Source of the DNA: Eledone cirrhosa
Taxonomy: Eukaryota
NCBI GenBank assembly: GCA_964016885.1
Contig: OZ024744.1
Location: 1,178,001-1,242,000, forward strand
Direction: 5' to 3'
Length of the DNA: 64,000 nucleotides
The position numbers and the translations under genes were made by a program. The notes beneath the pieces were generated by a model, which was not told the DNA's origin, searched no databases, and worked only from the letters and a program-made list of their open reading frames with translations. Position 1 is the first letter of the stretch; every line of letters begins with the position of its first letter. Positions 1 to 11,679 of this stretch are shown here, piece by piece.

Positions 1-499
1 GACAAGGTAAAGAAAGATAGCTTGGTGAAGAACGAAGTTTTGAGGGAAGTCAAGGTAGAGAAAGATAGCTTGGTGAAGAACGACGTTTTGAGGGAAGACG
101 AGGTAGAGAAAGATAGCTTGGTGAAGAACGACGTTTTGGGGGAAGAAAAGGTAGACAAAGATAGCTTGGTGAAGAACAAAGTTTTGGGGGAAGACAAGGT
201 AGAGAAATATAGCTTGGTGAAGAACGAAGTATTGAGGGAAGACTGGGTAGAGAAAGATAGCTTGGTGAAGAACGAAGTTTTGAGGGAAGACAAGGTAGAG
301 AAAGATAGCTTGGTGAAGAACGAAGTTTTGAGGGAAGACAAGGTAGAGAAAGATAGCTTGGTGAAGAACGAAGTTTTGGGGGAAGACAAGGTAGAGAAAG
401 ATAGCTTGGTGAAGAACGAATTTTGGGGGAAGACAAGGTAGAGAAAGATAGCTTGGTGAAGAACGACGTTTTGAGGGAAGACGAGGTAGAGAAACATAG

Positions 500-2890
500 T
501 TGGTGAAGAACGAAGTTTTGAGGGAAGACAAGGTAGAGAAAGATAGCTTGGTGAAGAACGAAGTTTTGAGGGAAGACAAGGTAGAGAAAGATAGCTTGAT
601 GAAGAACGAAGTTTTGAGGGAAGACAAGGTAGAGAAAGATAGCTTGTTGAAGAACGAAGTTTTGAGGGAAGACAAGGTAGAGAAAGATAGCTTGATGAAG
701 AACGAAGTTTTGAGGGAAGACAAGGTAGAGAAAGATAGCTTGGTGAAGAACGAATTTTTGAGGGAAGACAAGGTAGAGAAAGATAGCTTGATGAAGAACG
801 AAGTTTTGAGGGAAGACAAGGTAGAGAAAGATAGCTTGGTGAAGAACGAAGTTTTGAGGGAAGACAAGGTAGAGAAAGATAGCTTGATGAAGAACGAAGT
901 TTTGAGGGAAGACACGGTAGAGAAAGATAGCTTGGTGAAGAACGAAGTTTTGGGGAAGACAAGGTAGAGAAAGATAGCTTGGTGAAGAACGAAGTTTTGA
1001 GGGAAGACAAGGTAGAGAAAGATAGCTTGGTGAAGAACGAAGTTTTGAGGGAAGACGAGGTAGAGAAACATAGTTGGTGAAGAACGAAGTTTTGAGGGAA
1101 GACAAGGTAGAGAAAGATAGCTTGGTGAAGAACGAATTTTTGAGGGAAGACAAAGTAGAGAAAGATAGCTTGGTGAAGAACGAAGTTTTGGGGGAAGACA
1201 ATGTAGAGAAAGATAGCTTGATGAAGAACGAAGTTTTGGGAGAAGACAAGGTAGAGAAAGATAGCTTGGTGAAGAACGAAGTTTTGAGGGAAGACAAGGT
1301 AGAGAAAGATAGCTCGGTGAAGAACGAAGTTTTGGGGGAAGACAAGGTAGAGAAAGATAGCTTGGTGAAGAACGAAGTTTTCAGGGAAGACAAGGTAGAG
1401 AAAGATAGCTTGGTGAAGAACGAAGTTTTGAGGGAAGACAAGGTAGAGAAAGATAGTTGGTGAAAAACGAAGTTTTGAGGGAAGACAAGGTAGAGAAAGA
1501 TAGCTTGGTGAAGAACGACGTTTTGAGGGAAGACAAGGTAGAGAAAGATAGCTTGGTGAAGAACGACATTTTGGGGGAAGAAAATGTAGAGAACGATAGC
1601 TTGGTGAAGAACGACGTTTTGAGGGAAGACAAGGTAGAGATAGATAGCTTGGTGAAGAACGAAGTTTTGAGGGAAGGCAAAGTAGAGAAAGATAGCTTGG
1701 TGAAGAACGTAGTTTTGGAGGAAGACAATGTTGAGAAAGATAGCTTGATGAAGAACGAAGTTTTGGGGGAAGACAAGGTAGAGAAAGATAGCTTGATGAA
1801 GTACGAAGTGTTGGGGGAAGACAAGGTAGAGAAAGATAGCTTGGTGAAGAACGACGTTTTGTGGGAAGACAAGGTAGAGAAATATAGTTGGTGAAGAACG
1901 AAGTTTTGAGGCAAGACAAGGTAGAGAAAGATAGCTTGGTGAAGAACGAAGTTTTGAGGGAAGACAAGGTAGAGAAAGATAGCTTGGTGAAGAACGAAGT
2001 TTTGAGGGAAGACAAGGTAAAGAAAGATAGCTTGGTGAAGAACGAAGTTTTGGGGGAAGACAAGGTAGAGAAAGATAGCTTGGTGAAGAACGAATTTTGG
2101 GGGAAGACAAGGTAGAGAACGATAGCTTAGTGAAGAACGAAGTTTTGAGGGAAGACAAGGTAAAGAAAGATAGCTTGGTGAAGAACGAAGTTTTGAGGGA
2201 AGTCAAGGTAGAGAAAGATAGCTTGGTGAAGAACGACGTTTTGAGGGAAGACGAGGTAGAGAAAGATAGCTTGGTGAAGAACGACGTTTTGGGGGAAGAA
2301 AAGGTAGACAAAGATAGCTTGGTGAAGAACAAAGTTTTGGGGGAAGACAAGGTAGAGAAATATAGCTTGGTGAAGAACGAAGTATTGAGGGAAGACTGGG
2401 TAGAGAAAGATAGCTTGGTGAAGAACGAAGTTTTGAGGGAAGACAAGGTAGAGAAAGATAGCTTGGTGAAGAACGAAGTTTTGAGGGAAGACAAGGTAGA
2501 GAAAGATAGCTTGGTGAAGAACGAAGTTTTGGGGGAAGACAAGGTAGAGAAAGATAGCTTGGTGAAGAACGAATTTTGGGGGAAGACAAGGTAGAGAACG
2601 ATAGCTTGGTGAAGAACGAAGTTTTGAGGGAAGACAAGGTAGAGAAAGATAGCTTGGTGAAGAACGAAGTTTTGAGGGAAGTCAAGGTAGAGAATGATAG
2701 CTTGGTGAAGAACGACGTTTTGAGGGAAGACGAGGTAGAGAAACATAGTTGGTGAAGAACGAAGTTTTGAGGGAAGACAAGGTAGAGAAAGATAGCTTGG
2801 TGAAGAACGAAGTTTTGAGGGAAGACAAGGTAGAGAAAGATAGCTTGATGAAGAACGAAGTTTTGAGGGAAGACAAGGTAGAGAAAGATA
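500..2890. repeat. Block re-occurring at ~7011-9350 (offset 6464-6512 bp)
   Basis: Landmarks 1457/7921, 1888/8352 and 2097/8561 are offset by 6464, and 1074/7586 by 6512. The rare GACATT variant was seen only at ~1565 and ~8029. Confidence 0.8.
1457..1887. repeat. Representative copy of a recurrent 9-monomer (431-bp) variant cassette
   Basis: Fixed order of variant monomers (GAAGAAAATGTAG; GAGATAGAT; GAAGGCAAAG; GGAGGAAGACAATGTTG; AAGTACGAAGTG; GTGGGAA...AAATATAGTTGG), followed by an AGGCAAG monomer. Copies start at 1457, 7921, 9788, 14578, 19321, 23490, 26459, 28039, 31439, 32971, 35940, 37568, 54101, 58749 and 62676, with partial copies at ~3280, ~5865 and 31008. Confidence 0.9.
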
Positions 2891-5800
2891 GCTTGCTGAA
2901 GAACGAAGTTTTGAGGGAAGACAAGGTAGAGAAAGATAGCTTGATGAAGAACGAAGTTTTGAGGGAAGACACGGTAGAGAAAGATAGCTTGGTGAAGAAC
3001 GAAGTTTTGAGGGAAGACAAAGTAGAGAAAGATAGCTTGGTGAAGAACGAAGTTTTGGGGGAAGACAATGTAGAGAAAGATAGCTTGATGAAGAACGAAG
3101 TTTTGGGAGAAGACAAGGTAGAGAAAGATAGCTTGGTGAAGAACGAAGTTTTGAGGGAAGACAAGGTAGAGAAAGATAGCTCGGTGAAGAACGAAGTTTT
3201 GTGGGAAGACAAGGTAGAGAAAGATAGCTTGGTGAAGAACGAAGTTTTCAGGGAAGACAAGGTAGAGAAAGATAGCTTGGTGAAGAACGAAGTTTTGAGG
3301 GAAGACAAGGTAGAGATAGATAGCTTGGTGAAGAACGAAGTTTTGAGGGAAGGCAAAGTAGAGAAAGATAGCTTGGTGAAGAACGAAGTTTTGGAGGAAG
3401 ACAATGTTGAGAAAGATAGCTTGATGAAGAACGAAGTTTTGGGGGAAGACAAGGTAGAGAAAGATAGCTTGATGAAGTACGAAGTGTTGGGGGAAGACAA
3501 GGTAGAGAAAGATAGCTTGGTGAAGAACGACGTTTTGTGGGAAGACAAGGTAGAGAAATATAGTTGGTGAAGAACGAAGTTTTGAGGCAAGACAAGGTAG
3601 AGAAAGATAGCTTGGTGAAGAACGAAGTTTTGAGGGAAGACAAGGTAGAGAAAGATAGCTTGGTGAAGAACGAAGTTTTGAGGGAAGACAAGGTAGAGAA
3701 AGATAGCTTGGTGAAGAACGAAGTTTTGGGGGAAGACAAGGTAGAGAAAGATAGCTTGGTGAAGAACGAATTTTGGGGGAAGACAAGGTAGAGAACGATA
3801 GCTTAGTGAAGAACGAAGTTTTGAGGGAAGACAAGGTAAAGAAAGATAGCTTGGTGAAGAACGAAGTTTTGAGGGAAGTCAAGGTAGAGAAAGATAGCTT
3901 GGTGAAGAACGACGTTTTGAGGGAAGACGAGGTAGAGAAAGATAGCTTGGTGAAGAACGACGTTTTGGGGGAAGAAAAGGTAGACAAAGATAGCTTGGTG
4001 AAGAACAAAGTTTTGGGGGAAGACAAGGTAGAGAAATATAGCTTGGTGAAGAACGAAGTATTGAGGGAAGACTGGGTAGAGAAAGATAGCTTGGTGAAGA
4101 ACGAAGTTTTGAGGGAAGACAAGGTAGAGAAAGATAGCTTGGTGAAGAACGAAGTTTTGAGGGAAGACAAGGTAGAGAAAGATAGCTTGGTGAAGAACGG
4201 AGTTTTGGGGGAAGACAAGGTAGAGAAAGATAGCTTGGTGAAGAACGAATTTTGGGGGAAGACAAGGTAGAGAACGATAGCTTGGTGAAGAACGAAGTTT
4301 TGAGGGAAGACAAGGTAGAGAAAGATAGCTTGGTGAAGAACGAAGTTTTGAGGGAAGTCAAGGTAGAGAAAGATAGCTTGGTGAAGAACGACGTTTTGAG
4401 GGAAGACGAGGTAGAGAAACATAGTTGGTGAAGAACGAAGTTTTGAGGGAAGACAAGGTAGAGAAAGATAGCTTGGTGAAGAACGAAGTTTTGAGGGAAG
4501 ACAAGGTAGAGAAAGATAGCTTGATGAAGAACGAAGTTTTGAGGGAAGACAAGGTAGAGAAAGATAGCTTGGTGAAGAACGAAGTTTTGAGGGAAGACAA
4601 GGTAGAGAAAGATAGCTTGATGAAGAACGAAGTTTTGAGGGAAGACAAGGTAGAGAAAGATAGCTTGGTGAAGAACGAATTTTTGAGGGAAGACAAGGTA
4701 GAGAAAGATAGCTTGATGAAGAACGAAGTTTTGAGGGAAGACAAGGTAGAGAAAGATAGCTTGGTGAAGAACGAAGTTTTGAGGGAAGACAAGGTAGAGA
4801 AAGATAGCTTGATGAAGAACGAAGTTTTGAGGGAAGACGAGGTAGAGAAAGATAGCTTGGTGAAGAACGACGTTTTGGGGGAAGAAAAGGTAGACAAAGA
4901 TAGCTTGGTGAAGAACAAAGTTTTGGGGGAAGACAAGGTAGAGAAATATAGCTTGGTGAAGAACGAAGTATTGAGGGAAGACTGGGTAGAGAAAGATAGC
5001 TTGGTGAAGAACGAAGTTTTGAGGGAAGACAAGGTAGAGAAAGATAGCTTGGTGAAGAACGAAGTTTTGAGGGAAGACAAGGTAGAGAAAGATAGCTTGG
5101 TGAAGAACGAAGTTTTGGGGGAAGACAAGGTAGAGAAAGATAGCTTGGTGAAGAACGAATTTTGGGGGAAGACAAGGTAGAGAACGATAGCTTGGTGAAG
5201 AACGAAGTTTTGAGGGAAGACAAGGTAGAGAAAGATAGCTTGGTGAAGAACGAAGTTTTGAGGGAAGTCAAGGTAGAGAAAGATAGCTTGGTGAAGAACG
5301 ACGTTTTGAGGGAAGACGAGGTAGAGAAACATAGTTGGTGAAGAACGAAGTTTTGAGGGAAGACAAGGTAGAGAAAGATAGCTTGGTGAAGAACGAAGTT
5401 TTGAGGGAAGACAAGGTAGAGAAAGATAGCTTGATGAAGAACGAAGTTTTGAGGGAAGACAAGGTAGAGAAAGATAGCTTGCTGAAGAACGAAGTTTTGA
5501 GGGAAGACAAGGTAGAGAAAGATAGCTTGATGAAGAACGAAGTTTTGAGGGAAGACACGGTAGAGAAAGATAGCTTGGTGAAGAACGAAATTTTGAGGGA
5601 AGACAAAGTAGAGAAAGATAGCTTGGTGAAGAACGAAGTTTTGGGGGAAGACAATGTAGAGAAAGATAGCTTGATGAAGAACGAAGTTTTGGGAGAAGAC
5701 AAGGTAGAGAAAGATAGCTTGGTGAAGAACGAAGTTTTGAGGGAAGACAAGGTAGAGAAAGATAGCTCGGTGAAGAACGAAGTTTTGGGGGAAGACAAGG

Positions 5801-7416
5801 TAGAGAAAGATAGCTTGGTGAAGAACGAAGTTTTCAGGGAAGACAAGGTAGAGAAAGATAGCTTGGTGAAGAACGAAGTTTTGAGGGAAGACAAGGTAGA
5901 GATAGATAGCTTGGTGAAGAACGAAGTTTTGAGGGAAGGCAAAGTAGAGAAAGATAGCTTGGTGAAGAACGAAATTTTGGAGGAAGACAATGTTGAGAAA
6001 GATAGCTTGATGAAGAACGAAGTTTTGGGGGAAGACAAGGTAGAGAAAGATAGCTTGATGAAGTACGAAGTGTTGGGGGAAGACAAGGTAGAGAAAGATA
6101 GCTTGGTGAAGAACGACGTTTTGTGGGAAGACAAGGTAGAGAAATATAGTTGGTGAAGAACGAAGTTTTGAGGCAAGACAAGGTAGAGAAAGATAGCTTG
6201 GTGAAGAACGAAGTTTTGAGGGAAGACAAGGTAGAGAAAGATAGCTTGGTGAAGAACGAAGTTTTGAGGGAAGACAAGGTAGAGAAAGATAGCTTGGTGA
6301 AGAACGAAGTTTTGGGGGAAGACAAGGTAGAGAAAGATAGCTTGGTGAAGAACGAATTTTGGGGGAAGACAAGGTAGAGAACGATAGCTTAGTGAAGAAC
6401 GAAGTTTTGAGGGAAGACAAGGTAAAGAAAGATAGCTTGGTGAAGAACGAAGTTTTGAGGGAAGTCAAGGTAGAGAAAGATAGCTTGGTGAAGAACGACG
6501 TTTTGAGGGAAGACGAGGTAGAGAAAGATAGCTTGGTGAAGAACGACGTTTTGGGGGAAGAAAAGGTAGACAAAGATAGCTTGGTGAAGAACAAAGTTTT
6601 GGGGGAAGACAAGGTAGAGAAATATAGCTTGGTGAAGAACGAAGTATTGAGGGAAGACTGGGTAGAGAAAGATAGCTTGGTGAAGAACGAAGTTTTGAGG
6701 GAAGACAAGGTAGAGAAAGATAGCTTGGTGAAGAACGAAGTTTTGAGGGAAGACAAGGTAGAGAAAGATAGCTTGGTGAAGAACGAAGTTTTGGGGGAAG
6801 ACAAGGTAGAGAAAGATAGCTTGGTGAAGAACGAATTTTGGGGGAAGACAAGGTAGAGAACGATAGCTTGGTGAAGAACGAAGTTTTGAGGGAAGACAAG
6901 GTAGAGAAAGATAGCTTGGTGAAGAACGAAGTTTTGAGGGAAGTCAAGGTAGAGAAAGATAGCTTGGTGAAGAACGACGTTTTGAGGGAAGACGAGGTAG
7001 AGAAACATAGTTGGTGAAGAACGAAGTTTTGAGGGAAGACAAGGTAGAGAAAGATAGCTTGGTGAAGAACGAAGTTTTGAGGGAAGACAAGGTAGAGAAA
7101 GATAGCTTGATGAAGAACGAAGTCTTGAGGGAAGACAAGGTAGAGAAAGATAGCTTGGTGAAGAACGAAGTTTTGAGGGAAGACAAGGTAGAGAAAGATA
7201 GCTTGATGAAGAACGAAGTTTTGAGGGAAGACAAGGTAGAGAAAGATAGCTTGGTGAAGAACGAATTTTTGAGGGAAGACAAGGTAGAGAAAGATAGCTT
7301 GATGAAGAACGAAGTTTTGAGGGAAGACAAGGTAGAGAAAGATAGCTTGGTGAAGAACGAAGTTTTGAGGGAAGACAAGGTAGAGAAAGATAGCTTGATG
7401 AAGAACGAAGTTTTGA
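2245..7416. repeat. Tandem block duplication, period 2586 bp (54 monomers, 6 of them 47 bp), 2 copies
   Basis: Frameshift landmarks recur at a constant 2586 offset: 2749/5335, 3564/6150, 3773/6359, 4425/7011. 54x48-6=2586, which matches the six deletion monomers counted in the unit. Confidence 0.9.
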
Positions 7417-10400
7417 GGGAAGACACGGTAGAGAAAGATAGCTTGGTGAAGAACGAAGTTTTGGGGGAAGACAAGGTAGAGAAAGATAGCTTGGTGAAGA
7501 ACGAAGTTTTCAGGGAAGACAAGGTAGAGAAAGATAGCTTGGTGAAGAACGAAGTTTTGAGGGAAGACGAGGTAGAGAAACATAGTTGGTGAAGAACGAA
7601 GTTTTGAGGGAAGACAAGGTAGAGAAAGATAGCTTGGTGAAGAACGAATTTTTGAGGGAAGACAAAGTAGAGAAAGATAGCTTGGTGAAGAACGAAGTTT
7701 TGGGGGAAGACAATGTAGAGAAAGATAGCTTGATGAAGAACGAAGTTTTGGGAGAAGACAAGGTAGAGAAAGATAGCTTGGTGAAGAACGAAGTTTTGAG
7801 GGAAGACAAGGTAGAGAAAGATAGCTCGGTGAAGAACGAAGTTTTGGGGGAAGACAAGGTAGAGAAAGATAGCTTGGTGAAGAACGAAGTTTTGAGGGAA
7901 GACAAGGTAGAGAAAGATAGTTGGTGAAGAACGAAGTTTTGAGGGAAGACAAGGTAGAGAAAGATAGCTTGGTGAAGAACGACGTTTTGAGGGAAGACAA
8001 GGTAGAGAAAGATAGCTTGGTGAAGAACGACATTTTGGGGGAAGAAAATGTAGAGAACGATAGCTTGGTGAAGAACGACGTTTTGAGGGAAGACAAGGTA
8101 GAGATAGATAGCTTGGTGAAGAACGAAGTTTTGAGGGAAGGCAAAGTAGAGAAAGATAGCTTGGTGAAGAACGAAGTTTTGGAGGAAGACAATGTTGAGA
8201 AAGATAGCTTGATGAAGAACGAAGTTTTGGGGGAAGACAAGGTAGAGAAAGATAGCTTGATGAAGTACGAAGTGTTGGGGGAAGACAAGGTAGAGAAAGA
8301 TAGCTTGGTGAAGAACGACGTTTTGTGGGAAGACAAGGTAGAGAAATATAGTTGGTGAAGAACGAAGTTTTGAGGCAAGACAAGGTAGAGAAAGATAGCT
8401 TGGTGAAGAACGAAGTTTTGAGGGAAGACAAGGTAGAGAAAGATAGCTTGGTGAAGAACGAAGTTTTGAGGGAAGACAAGGTAGAGAAAGATAGCTTGGT
8501 GAAGAACGAAGTTTTGGGGGAAGACAAGGTAGAGAAAGATAGCTTGGTGAAGAACGAATTTTGGGGGAAGACAAGGTAGAGAACGATAGCTTAGTGAAGA
8601 ACGAAGTTTTGAGGGAAGACAAGGTAAAGAAAGATAGCTTGGTGGAGAACGAAGTTTTGAGGGAAGTCAAGGTAGAGAAAGATAGCTTGGTGAAGAACGA
8701 CGTTTTGAGGGAAGACGAGGTAGAGAAAGATAGCTTGGTGAAGAACGACGTTTTGGGGGAAGAAAAGGTAGACAAAGATAGCTTGGTGAAGAACAAAGTT
8801 TTGGGGGAAGACAAGGTAGAGAAATATAGCTTGGTGAAGAACGAAGTATTGAGGGAAGACTGGGTAGAGAAAGATAGCTTGGTGAAGAACGAAGTTTTGA
8901 GGGAAGACAAGGTAGAGAAAGATAGCTTGGTGAAGAACGAAGTTTTGAGGGAAGACAAGGTAGAGAAAGATAGCTTGGTGAAGAACGAAGTTTTGGGGGA
9001 AGACAAGGTAGAGAAAGATAGCTTGGTGAAGAACGAATTTTGGGGGAAGACAAGGTAGAGAACGATAGCTTGGTGAAGAACGAAGTTTTGAGGGAAGACA
9101 AGGTAGAGAAAGATAGCTTGGTGAAGAACGAAGTTTTGAGGGAAGTCAAGGTAGAGAAAGATAGCTTGGTGAAGAACGACGTTTTGAGGGAAGACGAGGT
9201 AGAGAAACATAGTTGGTGAAGAACGAAGTTTTGAGGGAAGACAAGGTAGAGAAAGATAGCTTGGTGAAGAACGAAGTTTTGAGGGAAGACAAGGTAGAGA
9301 AAGATAGCTTGATGAAGAACGAAGTTTTGAGGGAAGACAAGGTAGAGAAAGATAGCTTGGTGTAGAACGAAGTTTTGAGGGAAGACAACGTAGAGAAAGA
9401 TAGCTTGATGAAGAACGAAGTTTTGAGGGAAGACACGGTAGAGAAAGATAGCTTGGTGAAGAACGAAGTTTTGAGGGAAGACAAAGTAGAGAAAGATAGC
9501 TTGGTGAAGAACGAAGTTTTGGGGGAAGACAATGTAGAGAAAGATAGCTTGATGAAGAACGAAGTTTTGGGAGAAGACAAGGTAGAGAAAGATAGCTTGG
9601 TGAAGAACGAAGTTTTGAGGGAAGACAAGGTAGAGAAAGATAGCTCGGTGAAGAACGAAGTTTTGGGGGAAGACAAGGTAGAGAAAGATAGCTTGGTGAA
9701 GAACGAAGTTTTCAGGGAAGACAAGGTAGAGAAAGATAGCTTGGTGAAGAACGAAGTTTTGAGGGAAGACAAGGTAGAGAAAGATAGTTGGTGAAGAACG
9801 AAGTTTTGAGGGAAGACAAGGTAGAGAAAGATAGCTTGGTGAAGAACGACGTTTTGAGGGAAGACAAGGTAGAGAAAGATAGCTTGGTGAAGAACGACGT
9901 TTTGGGGGAAGAAAATGTAGAGAACGATAGCTTGGTGAAGAACGACGTTTTGAGGGAAGACAAGGTAGAGATAGATAGCTTGGTGAAGAACGAAGTTTTG
10001 AGGGAAGGCAAAGTAGAGAAAGATAGCTTGGTGAAGAACGAAGTTTTGGAGGAAGACAATGTTGAGAAAGTTAGCTTGATGAAGAACGAAGTTTTGGGGG
10101 AAGACAAGGTAGAGAAAGATAGCTTGATGAAGTACGAAGTGTTGGGGGAAGACAAGGTAGAGAAAGATAGCTTGGTGAAGAACGACGTTTTGTGGGAAGA
10201 CAAGGTAGAGAAATATAGTTGGTGAAGAACGAAGTTTTGAGGCAAGACAAGGTAGAGAAAGATAGCTTGGTGAAGAACGAAGTTTTGAGGGAAGACAAGG
10301 TAGAGAAAGATAGCTTGGTGAAGAACGAAGTTTTGGGGGAAGACAAAGTAGAGAAAGATAGCTTGCTGAAGAACGAAGTTTTGAGGGAAGACAAGGTAGA

Positions 10401-11679
10401 GAAAGATAGCTTGGTGAAGAACGAAGTTTTGGGGGAAGACAAGGTAGAGAAAGATAGCTTGGTGAAGAACGAAGTTTTGAGGGAAGACAAGGTAGAGAAA
10501 GATAGCTTGATGAAGAAAGAAGTTTTGAGGGAAGACAAGGTAGAGAAAGATAACTTGGTGAAGAACGAAGTTTTGAGGGAAGACAAAGTAGAGAAAGATA
10601 GCTTGGTGAAGAACGAGGTTTTGGGGGAAGACAATGTTGAGAAAGATAGCTTGATGAAGAACGAAGTTTTGGGGGAAGACAAGGTAGAGAAAGATAGCTT
10701 GGTGAAGAACGAAGTTTTGTGGGAAGACAAGGTAGAGAAAGATAGCTTGGTGAAGAACGAAGTTTTGGGGGAAGACAAGGTAGAGAAAGATAGCTTGGTG
10801 AAGAACGAAGTTTTGAGGGAAGACAAGGTAGAGAAAGATAGCTTGGTGAAGAACGAAGTTTTGAGGGAAGACAAGGTAGAGAAAGATAGTTGGTGAAGAA
10901 CGAAGTTTTGAGGGAAGACAAGGTAGAGAAAGATAGCTTGGTGAAGAACGACGTTTTGAGGGAAGACAAGATAGAGAAAGATAGCTTGGTGAAGAACAAA
11001 GTGTTGGGGGAAGACAAGGTAGAGAAAGATAGCTTGATGAAGTACGAAGTTTTGGGGGAAGACAAGGTAGAGAAAGATAGCTTGTTGAGGAACGACGTTT
11101 TGTGGGAAGACAAGGTAGAGAAACATAGTTGGTGAAGAACGAAGTTTTGAGGGAAGACAAGGTAGAGAAAGATAGCTTGGTGAAGAACGAAGTTTTGAGG
11201 GAAGACAAGGTAGAGAAAGATAGCTTGATGAAGAACGAAGTTTTGAGGGAAGACAAGGTAGAGAAAGATAGCTTGATGAAGTACGAAGTTTTGGGGGAAG
11301 ACAAGGTAGAGAAAGATAGCTTGGTGAAGAACGAAGTTTTGAGGGAAGACAAGGTAGAGAAAGATAGCTTGATGAAGAACGAAGTTTTGAGGGAAGACAA
11401 GGTAGAGAAAAATAGCTTGGTGAAGAACGAAGTTTTGAGGGAAGACAAAGCAGAGAAAGATAGCTTGGTGAAGAACGAAGTTTTGGGGGAAGACAATGTA
11501 GAGAAAGATAGCTTGATGAAGAACGAAGTTTTGGGAGAAGACAAGGTAGAGAAAGATAGCTTGGTGAAGAACGAAGTTTTGAGGGAAGACAAGGTAGAGA
11601 AAGATAGCTCGGTGAAGAACGAAGTTTTGGGGGAAGACAAGGTAGAGAAAGATAGCTTGGTGAAGAACGAAGTTTTCAG

